The notes under the pieces were generated by a model. It was not told where the DNA came from. It worked only from the letters and a program-made list of their open reading frames with translations, and searched no databases. 64,000 bases of DNA from positions 13,950,001 to 14,014,000 of the forward strand of contig NC_045138.2 in assembly GCF_008831285.2 (NCBI RefSeq). The letters run 5' to 3'. A program made the translations under genes and the position numbers. The number at the start of each line of letters is the position of its first letter. Position 1 is the stretch's first letter. The DNA is from Nymphaea colorata (taxonomy: Eukaryota). Positions 11,126 to 25,200 of the stretch are shown piece after piece.

Positions 11126-11946
11126 ACAAGAAAACGACGCTTTTTTTCAGATTTCATGGAATTGACTTGTAAATGAGTTACAACAAAGGCTACGCCAAGG
11201 TCAAGACCATTAAGTCCCCGGAATACATGTAATATGCAAAATTAGTTTCCAAAAATTTATTTTTAGGTTAATCAATTCAAGTTTTTGAATTTAAAAGATG
11301 TGTTTGTTTACAATATAAAAAGTGCACCATCCAAAGTTTAACTTAAGGAACTTTTTATCCAATCTATTTTTATGTGAAACATTTGAAAACCTCAAAATTT
11401 AGTTTGTTCAGTTCAAAAGAACCTAGTGTTTACAAGAAGTGGGTTCCCCAAAAACAGATTTTGTCAAATGGTGACACAGGAGAAGCAACACTATAAGATT
11501 CTACGCGGCAAAATAATAACGAAAGACTGTTTTTTTGGACGCAGTTTCGCTGTCAACCAGCCTTTGTCTTTTAAAAAAACTGACATTTATGATTTTCTTG
11601 ATTTGCTATCGACAGTTGTACATTAAAATAGTAGTTTACTGTCGCCTTCAGTTATAATTAAAATATGAGTCATATAAAAAATAAAATTATTTTTATTTTA
11701 TAAAAAAGGAATCTGGACATTAATGTTCACCACATGTGACCACTTAGTTTGGTTTGGGGCTTCCTTTTGCACAATTGTCAATAAAACTGGGCGGTGTATA
11801 AAAAATCAGAAACACAGAGCGCAGTTCTTAGGATTATAGACGAAACGGAAGGTCCGCAACCGAAATTTTCCCGCGAATAAACTCAAAAACAGGATCTCTC
11901 CTGTGTCCCGCTACAAAGACAACAATCCTGTAATCACAAGAAACAG

Positions 11947-12616
11947 GGTTTCCCTCCCTCTCTCTCTTTCTCTATGATTGAGCTCACTTCTGTGAGAGAA
12001 CTCTCTAGCATATTCTGGAATCTTGCCGAGTCCTTCCCGCCTTTTCTTCATCGACGGTGCTCGAGCATCCCGTCCGTATTCATCAGTCAGGCGAGGAGCA
12101 ACTGCGGAATCGATCTCATCGGAACCACACTAGGCATCTTCTTCGCTTTCTCTGGGCCATCTTATTTTTGTTCCCAAGATTCTTTAGGTACCCTTGTTTT
12201 CTTTTCTTCCGTTCGGATATGTGTTCTTTTGGGTTGCTTTGAAATATTCTTTGGAATCGTGGTGAATTTGTAGTCTTGATTAGCTTGCTTCGGTCTCCTG
12301 AAGACGTGAGGTACGATTTCAAGTTTCAAGGTACTTGATTAAGTTTATGAACTTGAGAAATAGTTGAGTTCTTGATATTTGGGCTGTCTGTAGTGGAACA
12401 GGCAGTTTCCTTTTTTGATTTTCAATCAGCTGCTCAGTAACGATTTCTAGGAATTGAATTCGATCTTTCTCTTTCTCTTTCGAAGTTTTTTTTTTTGGTC
12501 CCGTAATGTCCATGTGAAGTGTTTGTTTCCGGTGTCAGATTTTATGAATCTTTGAGTTCTTTTCCAGTCATTTTTTTATGGTTTTTTTCCCATCGCGTCG
12601 GTTATTTTCTCTTCCG
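11947..12616 (+). other. Probable UGT80B1 5' UTR exon and first-intron start (segment B copy 2)
   Basis: CT-rich leader, donor-like CAAG/GTACTT near 12330, T-rich intron and acceptor-like TAG at ~12953, upstream of the ATG at 13218. Confidence 0.6.
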
Positions 12617-13217
12617 TCTCTAACGTGAAAGAAAGTATTCCAGTTTCTTTAGTCGTTGCATTTTCCGTGTTTCTTTTGCGTGGACATTTTCGCGGTTGGT
12701 TTTCCTTCTGGAAGACGCTAGGTTTAATCGGAAGCGTATGCTTTTCTTTTTAAGTATTTTCTGATGCTATCTTAGTGTTTCATATTTGCTGTCCTTTCAT
12801 GGAAACGATTGAATTACGGCTGTTTCTCTGTTTATTTTGCATGGGTTAACTGAAACCCTCTCGATATTGAAACAATTGAATTACAGCTGTTTTCTCGTTT
12901 ATTTGGTATGGCTAGTTAATTTTAAATCCTCTCGATCGATCTTTGACCGGTAGGTGCATAGAAAAAAAAGGGGGAGAAGGACAGCAGGAGGGGGATGAAA
13001 GGAAGATCAACGGTTCATTGAGGATCACGGCTAGGTTTTCGAACCTCACAGTAAACCGAGGCCTGAATCTTCACAACGGTGTGAAGATTCAGACGCTCGG
13101 ACTGTGCACTTGGCCGAGTCAGACTTGTTTCTTTACCCCGACGAGCAACGGGGATCGAAGGGGCGCAAAAGATCCAGTGAAATTGGTTTCTGGAAGTAAG
13201 ACTGAAGTTCCAAGGGT

Positions 13218-16200
13218 ATGGAAGCAGGTGGAGCGTCTGTGGAAGCCAAGCGGAATGGAATTGTCGAAGCAAGTGAAAAATCAAGCGGTTTAGGCAGTGA
13301 TCGTTTTGAAGTAGAAGGCAGTTTTGGCTCCGGCAGAGAGTCGGTGAAATCCTTTGTAACGGCAGGCAGCCAGTCATTCAATTCAACAAGTGGGTTCGTG
13401 AATTCATCAATAAGGGGATCATCACCGAAGGGTAAGTTGTTTGTTCAGTAGTAATGTTGTTGCCTTTGCGTTTTTTGTCAGAAGGGATAAGGATGTCTTT
13501 CCGTATTTCCATATCGTCAGAGGCACTGATGGAACTATCTGAATGGCCAGCGAAAAGACACGACAGCTACTTTTGCTGTACACAGAGGTTGAATTATCAT
13601 GGTGGTCCTTGAGTCCCACATCAAAGTTGATTTAACTGAAAAACAACGAGGACCAATAAGAGGAAAGGATGCAACCCAAAAGAACTGGAAACTTCATGTT
13701 AAAAGACAAATTAAAGGAAAACATTAGGCTGTTAATAACGTGTGAAATAATGCTGTTCTTTTTTAACAATGTGAAGAAGAGACATGGTACATGTCTGATA
13801 TAGGTTTAAATAGGGATTTCTCCCTGTGATCAAGAAATTCTGTTTTTTCCCCTTCAATAGTGTTCAATGAGTAACAAATCCAATTAATGGGTTTCTTGAT
13901 TATGGAATACATGTGTTGTGGTGTCGATCTTGGGATGACCTTCTGGAGCATCTCCTAACCAAAAAACTATATGATGTAATGTGAAAAATTATATTTAAAA
14001 TACAAACGCATGTCTAGCATTCAAGATGAAGCACAAGAAATCTTAGTTATCAGTAATATATTCTTCTCTGAGGTGACTATAATTCATCAATTGATATTTA
14101 TCTTTCAAGGCTTGGAGCACTGCAAAACAGCACCTGTAAGCTCTGTTCCGTCCAGAACATTACTGTCGGATGCCCATGACTTTGCTCTATATAGGTCTAA
14201 GACAGAGAGAAGAGACCATCAGAGGCTCGATTTGAGACTAGACAGACTGCTAGAACGTGAAAAGGTATGTTGCAGATATGGTACTTCCCCTTTAGCATCT
14301 GAATTACCACTGTGAGTGTGCATGTGCTTGACTACATGCATGTGCATGCCTTCACGAGTATGTGCAAGGCACATGCAGTAGGGCATGTATGCATGTTTCT
14401 GTTGTTAGCTGGAATTTCTGAAGAACAAAGATGGGAGAGAATTCGAAGGTTCTTGCCTTTCAATGGTGGCATGTCTGCACTGGCACTTGGAAGGATTTAT
14501 GGCCCATTTACAACATCTTTTCTCTTTCGTATAGTAAATAATTGTTCAGGAATGCATAGATGAGATTGGTGTTTTTATTTCTGGGGTTTCATCAAAGAAA
14601 TATCTCTCCTACATGTTAGCTAGTGTAAGTTCTCAGTGCATGTTCATCTTAGTTCATGCTGTTCTTTCACAATTTCAGCCTTTGAAATGACTGAGGTAGC
14701 ACACGATCTATGCTTAGGCAGTTAGGTTCAAGCTGTGGACATCTGTCTCATTTTTAACCACTTGTGATGAATATCTGTTCCTTTTCTGGATAAGGCTTGA
14801 TGTGATGAATTTCTTTCTTAGTTTTAGGCAGTTCCCTTGAGCAGTAAATAACAAAATTTGGAACCAAAGAGAAATTTCTTAGTATCAGCAGTTTAATGAT
14901 TCAAGTGTGCTTGTATATGCAAGCTAATCTTATTTCCTGTGACTATCAGAAAAAGATTATTGAGCTTGTCAAAGTTCAGAAGGATGGGACTGTGGAGGTT
15001 GATGTTACCAAAAATGCACCTGTAGCATCTGAACTGCTAGAGCTTGATGCTGTTGATGCAGCGCCAATTGATGTTGGAAGGAGAACCACTGAATCCCACA
15101 AAACAATTCCGAAGTTAAACATTGCCATGCTTGTTGTTGGTACGAGAGGGGATGTGCAGCCTTTTATAGCTATTGCGAAACGTCTTCAGGTTCACTCTCC
15201 CTGCTTGATATCATGGCCTTCTTTTTGTGCTTATGAAATACTTATGTTAATTACATGATTTCTTTTTTCTAGAACTTCACTACTTATCAAATTCTTCCCA
15301 TTCTGTGAACTAAATTGTTTGATGTTGCTTTTTGTTAAGATTCGAATTGTTTGGTTTAAATTTTTAAATGAGTGAAATGGTGCAGCTGTTGTAGTTCTTG
15401 TGCTTACTCTGCCCTTGAAGTAGTGCATCTGAAACAACTTGGTATCCATGAATGTGAAGCCTACTTAATTCCCATTATTCTTATAACTTGAGATGAACTA
15501 AATAATTGAAACTTTACAAGCTCAGAGCAATAGAAAAAGATGCAAGAGACTGTATATGTGATTGATCATTTGCTTTTGGGCGTTTGACTTTATTATTAGT
15601 TAACCCCTTGTGATTGTGTGTCGATTGTTGAACAACTGATTTCCTCCCTTGGAGATATGAATGTGCTTAGTACTGCATGTTATATTATGTTAGCAGGTTG
15701 ATTTGGCATGGAGAAAAACTTTTATTTCATCATGTTTATCATCATATACTTCTGAACATGCTGATGCCTGATGGTAATACAAGATATTTCCCTGAGGAAG
15801 AAGTTATTCATGCAGATTGTGCCTGCAATTCTCCAATCTGATGCATTCTTCTTTCTACTCTAAGCCTCCATGTATTTGTTGTTGGCTTGGTTAGATATTT
15901 TGTATATTTCATGATTCCGTCCAGTTTTATGTTGGATGAAATGCTATGTAATTAATGTTCTTGTTACTTCAGAGGCACGTCATTTTCTGATTACTTTTCC
16001 AATTTTCTACAAATAAGTGACAATAATCCTGGTTACTTCAGATGAAGGAATGTTTTTCTGCCATATTTTCTGAATAACTGTGTATTCACATCTTCACAAG
16101 GTTGATAGCTGTTTTATATATGAATTACTTGTGGTTCTAGGAAGAGTTGAAAGTTGATCTTCATGCAGGAGTTCGGTCATCATGTTAGGCTAGCAACTCA

Positions 16201-19200
16201 TGCTAATTTCAGAACCTTTGTGAAATCAGCTGGGATTGATTTTCACCCTTTGGGTGGTGATGCACGAATTTTGGCAAGATGTAAGCAGTCTTTTATACGC
16301 TGATCTGTTAGTTGGTTCATTTATGTATTTTAACCAATGCCTCTTTTTTTGATGCATGACATTTCCATCATATCACTGGTCAGATTTTTCATCTGGATAA
16401 TAATTGAATTGATGATAACTTTGAAATATTCACAGATATGGCAAAGAATAAAGGTTTTTTGCCATCTGGACCAGCAGATATATCTCTTCAACGGAAGCAA
16501 ATCAGGGCTATCATCGATTCATTACTTCCAGCTTGCACAGAACCTGATATTGATTCTGGAACTCCTTTTAGTGCTCAGGTGATCATTGCGAATCCTCCTG
16601 CTTATGGTGAGTTCTTAGTTCTACTGTCTCCTGGACAATTAACTTCCATCTATGGATTATATTGTCTTCCGATTTACTTTTGTTCATTATCATAGCAAGA
16701 AGTAATTAATGGGGGCATGCACATGCACTGGAGCATGTGGCTTGGTGGTTGGTGCAGTAATTGTGGTGGCATGAAGCGGTTATAATGATTTCATAGATGG
16801 ATTAGTTGTCCCATAAGAACTAGGGATCCATGTGTTCTTTCCCATCTCACGATGAACATGTGGTCTATTTCATTCTCTTTTTGAGAACCAAATAAGCTAA
16901 AAGTTAAAATTATTTTCTAATAGACAAAGAATGAATCGGACAAGGAATGATGATAATTGATGGCAAGTGACTGGAAGAGAAGGAATCAGATAACTATATC
17001 AGGGGACTGCATGTTCATTTCAAACTGCCAACATTACACACCTAGTTATGGAGTTTAATAAAGAACTTACACTGTTTGGATGGAGGCAAAAAAAGTTACT
17101 AAGGGGCCGTTTGATGGCCAGAAAAAAAAATTCTGGAAAAAAATTTCTAGAAAAAAATTTCTGGAATTGAAGAAACGGAAAAATTTTTCCGTTTTTCCAA
17201 AACCAGTTTGTGTTTGTTATGGAGGAATTATTTTTCTAGAAAAAAATTTCTTTGTTTGATGGGAATGGTGAGGAAGAAGGAGGAAGAAGAGAAGGAGGGA
17301 GGAGGAAGAAGGGAGCGAGAGAAGAAGGAGGGAGAAGGGAAGAAAAGGACAGAGAGGAAGAAGGGAAGAGAAGGGAGGTGGACAATGGTGAGACTCTCTC
17401 TCACTCTCGCGCTATGGCCAGAACCCTCATTGAGGGTTTCTGACGGAGAGGGTTTTAGACGGTTTGAGTCCCTCTCGAAAAGGGATTCAGACCGTCTGAA
17501 ACAGTCTGATGTCTGAATGCCTCTCGAAAGAGGGATCCAGACAATCTGAAACCCTCGACGCCCTCTTTCTCCGACTTCAAGCAGCAACGGTGGCTGCTCA
17601 AGCGTCCTCCGACTTCCAAAACGCTCAGGCAGCGTCACCGAGTCTTGCGACCATCCTGGTGATGTGCCCTAGCTTTTTCCGTGTCTGCGAGCACGCGGTT
17701 GAGGCGGTTCTTCCCTTCTTCCTCCCCGTCCGTTCTTCCCTTCTTCTTCCTCCTCCCTTCTTCCCTTCTTCTTTCCTCCCTCCTCCTCCTTCCTTCCCTT
17801 CTTCCTCCTCCTCCCTCCTTCCCTTCTTCTTTCCTCCCTCCTCCTCCTTCCTTCCCTTCTTCTCCCCGTCTGTTCTTCTCTTCCTCCCTTCTTCTCCCCG
17901 TTCTTCCTCCCCATCCGTTCTTCCCTTCTTCTTCCTCCTCCCTCCTTCCCTTCTTCTTTCCTCCCTCCTCCTCCTTCCTTCCCTTCTTCCTCTTCCCTCC
18001 TTCCCTTCTTCTCCTTCCCTTCTTCTTCCTCCCTCCTTCCCTTCTTCCCTTCTTCTTCCTCCCCATCCATTCTTCCTGCCTCCTCCAACGGTCACAAAAA
18101 AATTTCTGGAAAAATTTCTCCACCCCTCTGGCTGGAGAAATTTTTCCTGAAATATTTTTCCAGAATCATCTCCAACGGTCCAAATTTTTTTTCCATGTTT
18201 GATGAAATTGAAAAGTTTTAAAAAATTGAATTTTTTTTCCTGTTGAACAGTGCTTTTCCTGCCAACCAAACGCCCCCTAAAGGATGGAAAGGGAAGGAAA
18301 AGAAGGGAGGGAATTAATGATGGAGAAGGGAAGGGGAGGAAAGGAAAGGATTGCCAAATAGCATGTTTGTGTAGCTATTTAAACGAAAGGGAAGGAAAAC
18401 AATTAAATTTGTTTACAATAATGCCCCTAATAAATAAATAAATAATATATATATATATATGTATATATATCTCCCCATCTCCACAATATGTATAACTCTC
18501 TCCTAAATAATTTTTTTATTAATTGTAATAATTTGATTGTACATTTCTCTCTCTCCCTCTCTCTCTACATAAGTGGGCCAATGCAACCATCCAGGATCGT
18601 TAGGAGGACATCTAGAGATTTGGTCAATGCACAGCTCTCACATGACTGTATTGGATATGAATGTGGACCAATTATAGTGCTAAAAGATACATTTCTTACC
18701 TGTACATATGGTGGTAAGGAGACTATGACTGATTGTACATATATTTTGACGTCTTTACGTTACAATATCATTAATACATTTTTTACTAAAACTGTGCCCA
18801 AAAGTGTGTTTAGGTGAAAAAAAGTCCTAATTTTTAAGACCAAAACCTTTGATCATGCAGTCGAAGGCACAACTAGTAAATTTGACATACGTGAGAAAAT
18901 GATAGATACAAATAAAAGCACATGAAAAGAAGTTATGTGAAGATGATTGAACAAGAAATATTAAGAATATAAGGAAGAATGCCTCATTTACTGACTTATT
19001 TCATAAGAAACTCTAAGCTGAAATATTAAGAATATATTGAACAAGATGATTGAACAAGAAATATTAAGAGTATAAGGAAGAATGCCTCATTTACTGACTT
19101 ATTTCATAAGAAACTCTAAGCAGAACGACACATGAGTCTGTTTTTCTTTTTTCTTTTGTTCTCTTTTTCCTTGAGGTTTGATTATAGAAAGCATGGGGCT

Positions 19201-22200
19201 GCATCAGTAGCCCCTTTGATGTTACCATCGGGCATTCAAGTCTCATCCAATATAACGTGAAAAGTGGCTACCACTGCAGCGTTTCATCCCCCTTTTTATG
19301 TTGCTCAATGGAGTCTTTGCCTGACGAAAACATCGTCAGGCATTAGCCGGACTGAAGAAATGGAAAACTGGCTGCCTGAGCCCCTTTCACGTTGTCACCA
19401 ATAATCTTCTCAGCAAAGCACCCAACTGTGAACATTGAAACATCTCTCGTTAGAGTAAAATTGTCTCTTGTTAGAAACCTTTTTCCTTTCTGTCCTAAAT
19501 TCTCCATTTCTGGAGGGATTGGAGATACACTATTTTTCCCTCTCCTATCCAAACCTTTCCCTTCCCTCCTTTAAAATTAGCTATCCAAAGACAAGATGGA
19601 TTCTACTTTCCTTTCCTTTGTATCAGTTCCACTCCATCCAAATAGGGAGTTAGAGAAGCAATGGCTTGACTGAGTTGTCAAGGTTATTCTATCACAGAGT
19701 CTTGCGATGAACAGAAGAGAATAAATAATAAAGTTACAGGCCTCTGTCATTGATTGACGAGAGATTTAAAGAGAATACGTGAATTATCACTGTACCTTAT
19801 TTGGTGAGGGACTATATTCTACAACTACCATGTTCTGTCCCTGTATGTACGTGGTTTTCATTTTTCAGTCCATAAACAGAATGAATGAAACCATCAACAG
19901 TTTGAAGAGGTTTCCTCTTCCACCACAATAACACAGTAACTGTAGTCTTCACTGTTTCTGTTATGGGAGGCAGCGTTTGCCTGTCTTAGGGTAAAATGGT
20001 GACAGAATATGTCATGCATACTTAAGTGGCTGTCTTATTGAGCAATGTACCATATGCTGGATATTGCATCATGGTTATCAAAAGCTTTAAAGTGAAATTT
20101 CAGATATTGTCTGGCCTTTCACAAGAAAATTTTACTCCAATTTCATTTTATCGTGCAGCCATTGACCAAGAAAAGCAGGAAGTAGGTTATAGCTTGAAGA
20201 GTTGAACTTCAAAGTTCTGCAACCTGAAGGAAAGATTCGTGGCTTGCGATTTCTTGTTCTGCTTTAGCCTTTGGGGTCTAGAAAAGAGAAGACATGCTAA
20301 ATTTGCTTAAAACTTGCAGAAAATGATGACAACTAAGATAAATCTTCTAAAGGAACATATATTGGTCTTAGCTCCTAGCTATTTAAGACAATAGTGTAAT
20401 AGCTGGGTGCATCTTTACGAGACTGAGTTTAATATGTTTGTGCTTAAGATCTCGTTATGAATTTATGCAGGGCATGTCCATGTAGCTGAAGCCCTTGGGG
20501 TACCAATTCACATTTTCTTTACCATGCCATGGACGTGAGTTCAAATTCTATTCATTCTGCTTTTTTTCTTGGTATTGTTTTAGTTTGTGAGACATCTGAA
20601 TATTGTGCGGCCATTAGTAGGTGTAATGAATTCCAGTTACCCAATTATTTTTTTGGGAACCATTTGTCCAGAATCAATCTGAAGCCACATCGTAGCAATC
20701 ACTGGTGGTTGAGTGGTACTAGTGGAACAAAATCACTAGCACATGGAATTGCAAAAAAGAGGCATACAGGAATGGAAAGCATGTTTTAGCTGGTTCTCTG
20801 CAAAATCACAAAATCACATGTTGGGTTTTAAAAATCTTCCATCCCTGAGTCATATGCATATTTAGGAGTTGTGTGGATGAGAGCTCTCACCCTTTCGAGG
20901 GGAAAAACTGCAATTTGAGGCCGGATTTTTGCATGCGAGATTGTTCTCACATTAGAGAAAGGGCTTTCTCATTTTGTGCATAGGAGGTATTTTTCACCAT
21001 GAAAAATATATAATATTGCCTTTCTACCATGTATTTATGCTATCTTGAAAAGAAATGACTTTCAATGACCGCACATAGCAATTGTACATGTATGTTTAAG
21101 TCGACAATGGATTGAAAATCATGTAAATTTTGTAAACAACCGAGTGCTACAAGGATCTCTAGATTGAGACATCATTTAGTTGCAAGTCTTGCGACACATG
21201 AAGATGTTATGCAGGGCACCTCTAGGATTTGTGGAAGGCTATAAAATTTCAGTGCCAAGGATACTGGATGCAGGTTGACCTTATGAGCTTGGAGCACTTT
21301 GTTAATACTGGATGCATGTGCCAAAGAAGAACTTGCTGCTATGATGAACGATGATTTGGCATTCATGTTTTGTACTCATGTGAAATTGACAATGGTTTGT
21401 TACTTTGTTTATTTTTCATATGATGGTGCTTTTCCTTGGTTTCCCCTGATTTTTACGGTAATTTGTTCTGAATTTCTTATTTGTTCATAATTTGACAACT
21501 TTTAACAGATTCATGTTATGTTGCATGTTTCACAACATTGCAATTGATGACTATATTATGGCTGTAACATCTTCTTGATCGAAATAAAATAGTGACTAGA
21601 AGAAAGAGGTTAAACTTTAAAGAATGGAAAATGCAGATAATGTGTTTCCTACATGAATGACAGGAAGATCTCTGCTTTTTCTAAAAGTTCAATGGTGGAT
21701 GGAAGTTGTTGACGATTTTTTTCTTTTAGCTTCCTGCCTCATCTATTGGTTGTTGAGTGCTAGATGTCATTATTAAGATTGTTCGCCTTTCGCTATGTAG
21801 ACTCGAAGAAAAACTTTTTTCGAAGGCATTGATATGTTCTTTTACTTGTATTTTCTCATAGGCAGGCCAACACACGAGTTTTCTCATCCTTTGGCACGGG
21901 TACCTCAAAGTGCTGGTTATCGGGTATGCATTTTTTACATGATCCGAACAGTTTGACTTACAAACCTATGCTGTGCTTTCCCCAAACTTTTAGCATGATA
22001 ATCTGCATGTATTCATTGTTTATGATTCTAGAGCTTCTGAATTGTATGTGAACTCCTTTATTTGATTCTAGAATTTTAATGTCTGCTTATTGCTTATACT
22101 CTTACCCAGCTCTCATATCTTGTCGTGGATGTGCTTATATGGTGGTTTATAAGAGACATGATAAATGACTTCAGAAAGAAAAAGTTGAAGCTTCCACCAA

Positions 22201-25200
22201 TTGCATACTTTAGCACATACCATGGATCAATTTCGCATTTGCCGACTGGATACATGTGGAGTCCACATGTTGTGCCAAAGCCAAATGGTGAGTCTCTCTT
22301 TTCCCTTGTTTTTTAACGACACCTAGGTAGGTCAAACATGACAAATTCCACCAAGCATGTTGGTATCCATGGAGTCAGAAGGTGTTCCATTATCCTGAAG
22401 CTTGACTGTTAAGTTCATTGATATGTTCGTTTGGTGCATTTCATTCATGGCAGGAGCTTTTTCTACCTGAATTCTTATGTTTCATTTGCTTGCCTTGGTT
22501 GCGTGAGTTAAACGAAGAAAATGCTCCACAAATCAAAGGAATTCCATTGCAAAGGAAAATTGGGCTTGTCTTAAATCTTCTATTTCTCAAACAAAAGATT
22601 AGAGCCCTTAAGAAGGCTAAAAACCCTAGATCTGAATTGAATCTTAGATTTGTAAAACAAATAGATCCAAACCCAAAAAGATTAAAAACACCCAAATAAG
22701 ATTAAATAATATTTATCCTAAAATTCTGAATGGATAATGGATCCAAATCTAGGATCCAGCCCACTAAGCCACGTTGGGTGTTGGCAGGAAGGGTGCAAGT
22801 GCAGATTTGGGGCATGACTTAGGTACTGGGTAGGTATGAGGGTTCATTGGAGGGTATGGATTTATTGTCTGTGGTACATGAGGAAGTAGGTTTGGCTCGA
22901 TTGGATATGGAGGCCATTTGCTAGACTAGACGCTGGATCCAAATGGGGATAGGTGTGGGCCTGAACCGAGTTGCGGGGTAGACGGCCTAGGCACGAGCTT
23001 GACCAGCTGTCCAGATGAGCAAGGGTCTGGTCTTGATCGGTCCGAAACTACGCAGAGGTATCGTTTGGTGGATCTGAATTGGGTCTGAGGCGATCTGGGA
23101 TTGGACTGAACAAAATGTTCTGGATCTGAGTTAGGAGTAACTCTAAATCAAATCCTCCTGGTTGGGTTGGTTAAGGCTACAGGGTTCAAACCCATACCTG
23201 GCGCGGCAGACCCAAAAATTTGTCTGCAGCCACCTAGAACTGGATCTGCCGGGGCTGTAAGGTTAAGAGGAGCCGATTCGGATCCATTAGAGGACCCGAA
23301 TTGGCCAAATGGGCCCGCCAGCGGGACCGGGTCTATGTGGTGGCCCGAAGGGCTGCGAACGGGTCGGTGCGGCCATCGGGGCAGCAGCCTGGCCCCTCCG
23401 CTAGAGTTGGGGGCGACCGGTGGTCGCCGTCCGACCTGCGCACAACTGGCGGCGCCACACCAACCACTGGGAGGTTGTCGACCGGCTGGAAGATGTCGCC
23501 AGCAGTTCCCCTGAGCAGCGGCAGAAATGGTTTTCCGCGTTGTTTGTTTCCGGCGATCGTTCTCCCTTCGGGCAGAGCTGTCGGAGGGGAAGGGATTAGC
23601 GAAGGAGGCGCGGCAGATGGTGAAACGGCGCCGGCCAACGCTTCTGCTGACGGCGGGAGATGAAGGAAGCCAGTGTAACACTAAGTCAACCCCGCCACCC
23701 CCCAACCAGGACGTCCTTGTCAGAGTCCGGCGGCAGACATAGGCCGACAATGAAGGGTGACCCCCTCTTTCCATTGATAGACTCAGGGCTTGGCGCCCTG
23801 TGTTGGATTTTTCCTCTTTCGATTACAGTCGTCTGCCCTGGGTTGTCAGTTTGGGTTTCTCTTCGCTTTTGTTGTTTGTCAAATTCAATCAACCGTTCTC
23901 CATTGTTATTCAGATTTCCTTGTTCGAGGCCAGCCGACTGCTTATCCCTTTTCTTTATCTGATCGTCAAACTCATCCAGTTGCCTCGTCAGAGCAGCTAG
24001 AGTTTTGTTCCTGCGTACGTGATTTTTTTTATTTGCTTTTTCCAGTTGAGCATATTTTCCTCGGTGCGTGCCTGTTAATCATGCATTTTGTTTATTCTGT
24101 TCATTGACTCGATCAGGCGAAAGACCAGGTCTTCGAGCCTTTTTCCTGGATGCACGAGATTGTTCCTCAGAACGTTGGCCGTTACGAAGATTGAGGGGAC
24201 ACCTGGTTCTCACACCAATCTGACACAGTGATTGGAGGGTTGACTTTAATCGTTCCAGGAAGGGTACCAAAAAATGGAAACAAAACAATGCACGAGAAAT
24301 CAACAGAATTCAATTGCAAAGGAAAATAGGGTTTTCTTATTTTTTACTTAGCTTAAAAAAAAAAAGATCCGGTTAAACCCTAAATCCGAATTGGATCTTG
24401 GATCCTCAAAATAAAGAGGTCCAAACCCAAAAAAGTTTAAAACATCTAAGATTAATTCATGTCGTCCTTAAGATCCTAAATGGATCCATGTCTGGGATCC
24501 AGCCCACTAAGTGACTAACCCATGCTGCATCAATGCTTAGGTTTCATTTGCTTGCCTTGGTTAGATTGAGTTGAAGACTAATGCAGTATATCCACTGTCA
24601 GTAGAAGATCAAGAAAGTTGATTACTTTTAAATTCTTTCGCTTCATGCTTTCTGTTTAGTAGGCGTTTAAATGTTCTGTTACACTGTCTAAGAGATTTTC
24701 CCTCTACATGTCACAGTTAAATGATTGAGTTAGCTTGTGTAAGTCATGGAGCCTGCATAACTGTTGCCATTTAATTCCATATGAAGCATGTTCCAGCATG
24801 TGCTTTTCGGTTGATATGCATTCAGTCAACTACTCACTGGTTTTTATGAACCTTGCTACAGACAATTGGTGGTTGGTTGCTTGCTATATATTAATTGTTT
24901 CCCCACCATTTGTGTGTGTGAGTGATTAGTCAAAATATTAAAGCTTATTCTTGTTATTTTATGCATTTATTGCTTCAACTCTATGTGCAGATTGGGGTAC
25001 CCAAGTGGATGTTGTTGGATACTGTTTCTTAAATCATAGCCTCAACTATCAGCCGCGGGAAGAGCTTTTACAGTGGATACAAGCAGGCACAAGACCAATA
25101 TATATAGGGTTTGGTAGCATGGTAGGATTGTTTTTTAAACAAGTCAAATTTCATTAGATGAACACGTACAGTTAATGTGAATCTATTGTGATGGTGTCAC

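Larger units (their letters stand above)
17070..19649. mobile_element. Older, degenerate PIF/Harbinger-like element hosting a nested insertion (UGT80B1 intron)
   Basis: Ends CACTGTTTGGATGGAG ... CTCCATCCAAATAGGGAG, each flanked by TTA. The subterminal AAGGAAAGGA...TAGCTATTT...AAGGGAAGG at ~18340-18400 is mirrored at ~19555-19620. Confidence 0.5.

Noticed and set aside
9815..12513. Paired similar ORFs in segments B and B'
   Set aside because: Their similarity comes from the DNA duplication. Frames are broken by indels between copies, consistent with UTR/intron sequence.
12943..13293. 116-aa ORF as the UGT80B1 N-terminus
   Set aside because: It starts at TTG and is in a different frame from the ATG-13218 exon that splices in phase to exon 2.
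17208..18269. Many overlapping 100-214 aa ORFs (E/G/R/K- or S/P/F/L-rich)
   Set aside because: They are translations of purine/pyrimidine simple repeats inside a Harbinger-type element within an intron.
23148..24107. Overlapping GC-rich ORFs up to 208 aa
   Set aside because: Stop-poor GC-rich repeat remnant in an intron, with no recognisable domain.
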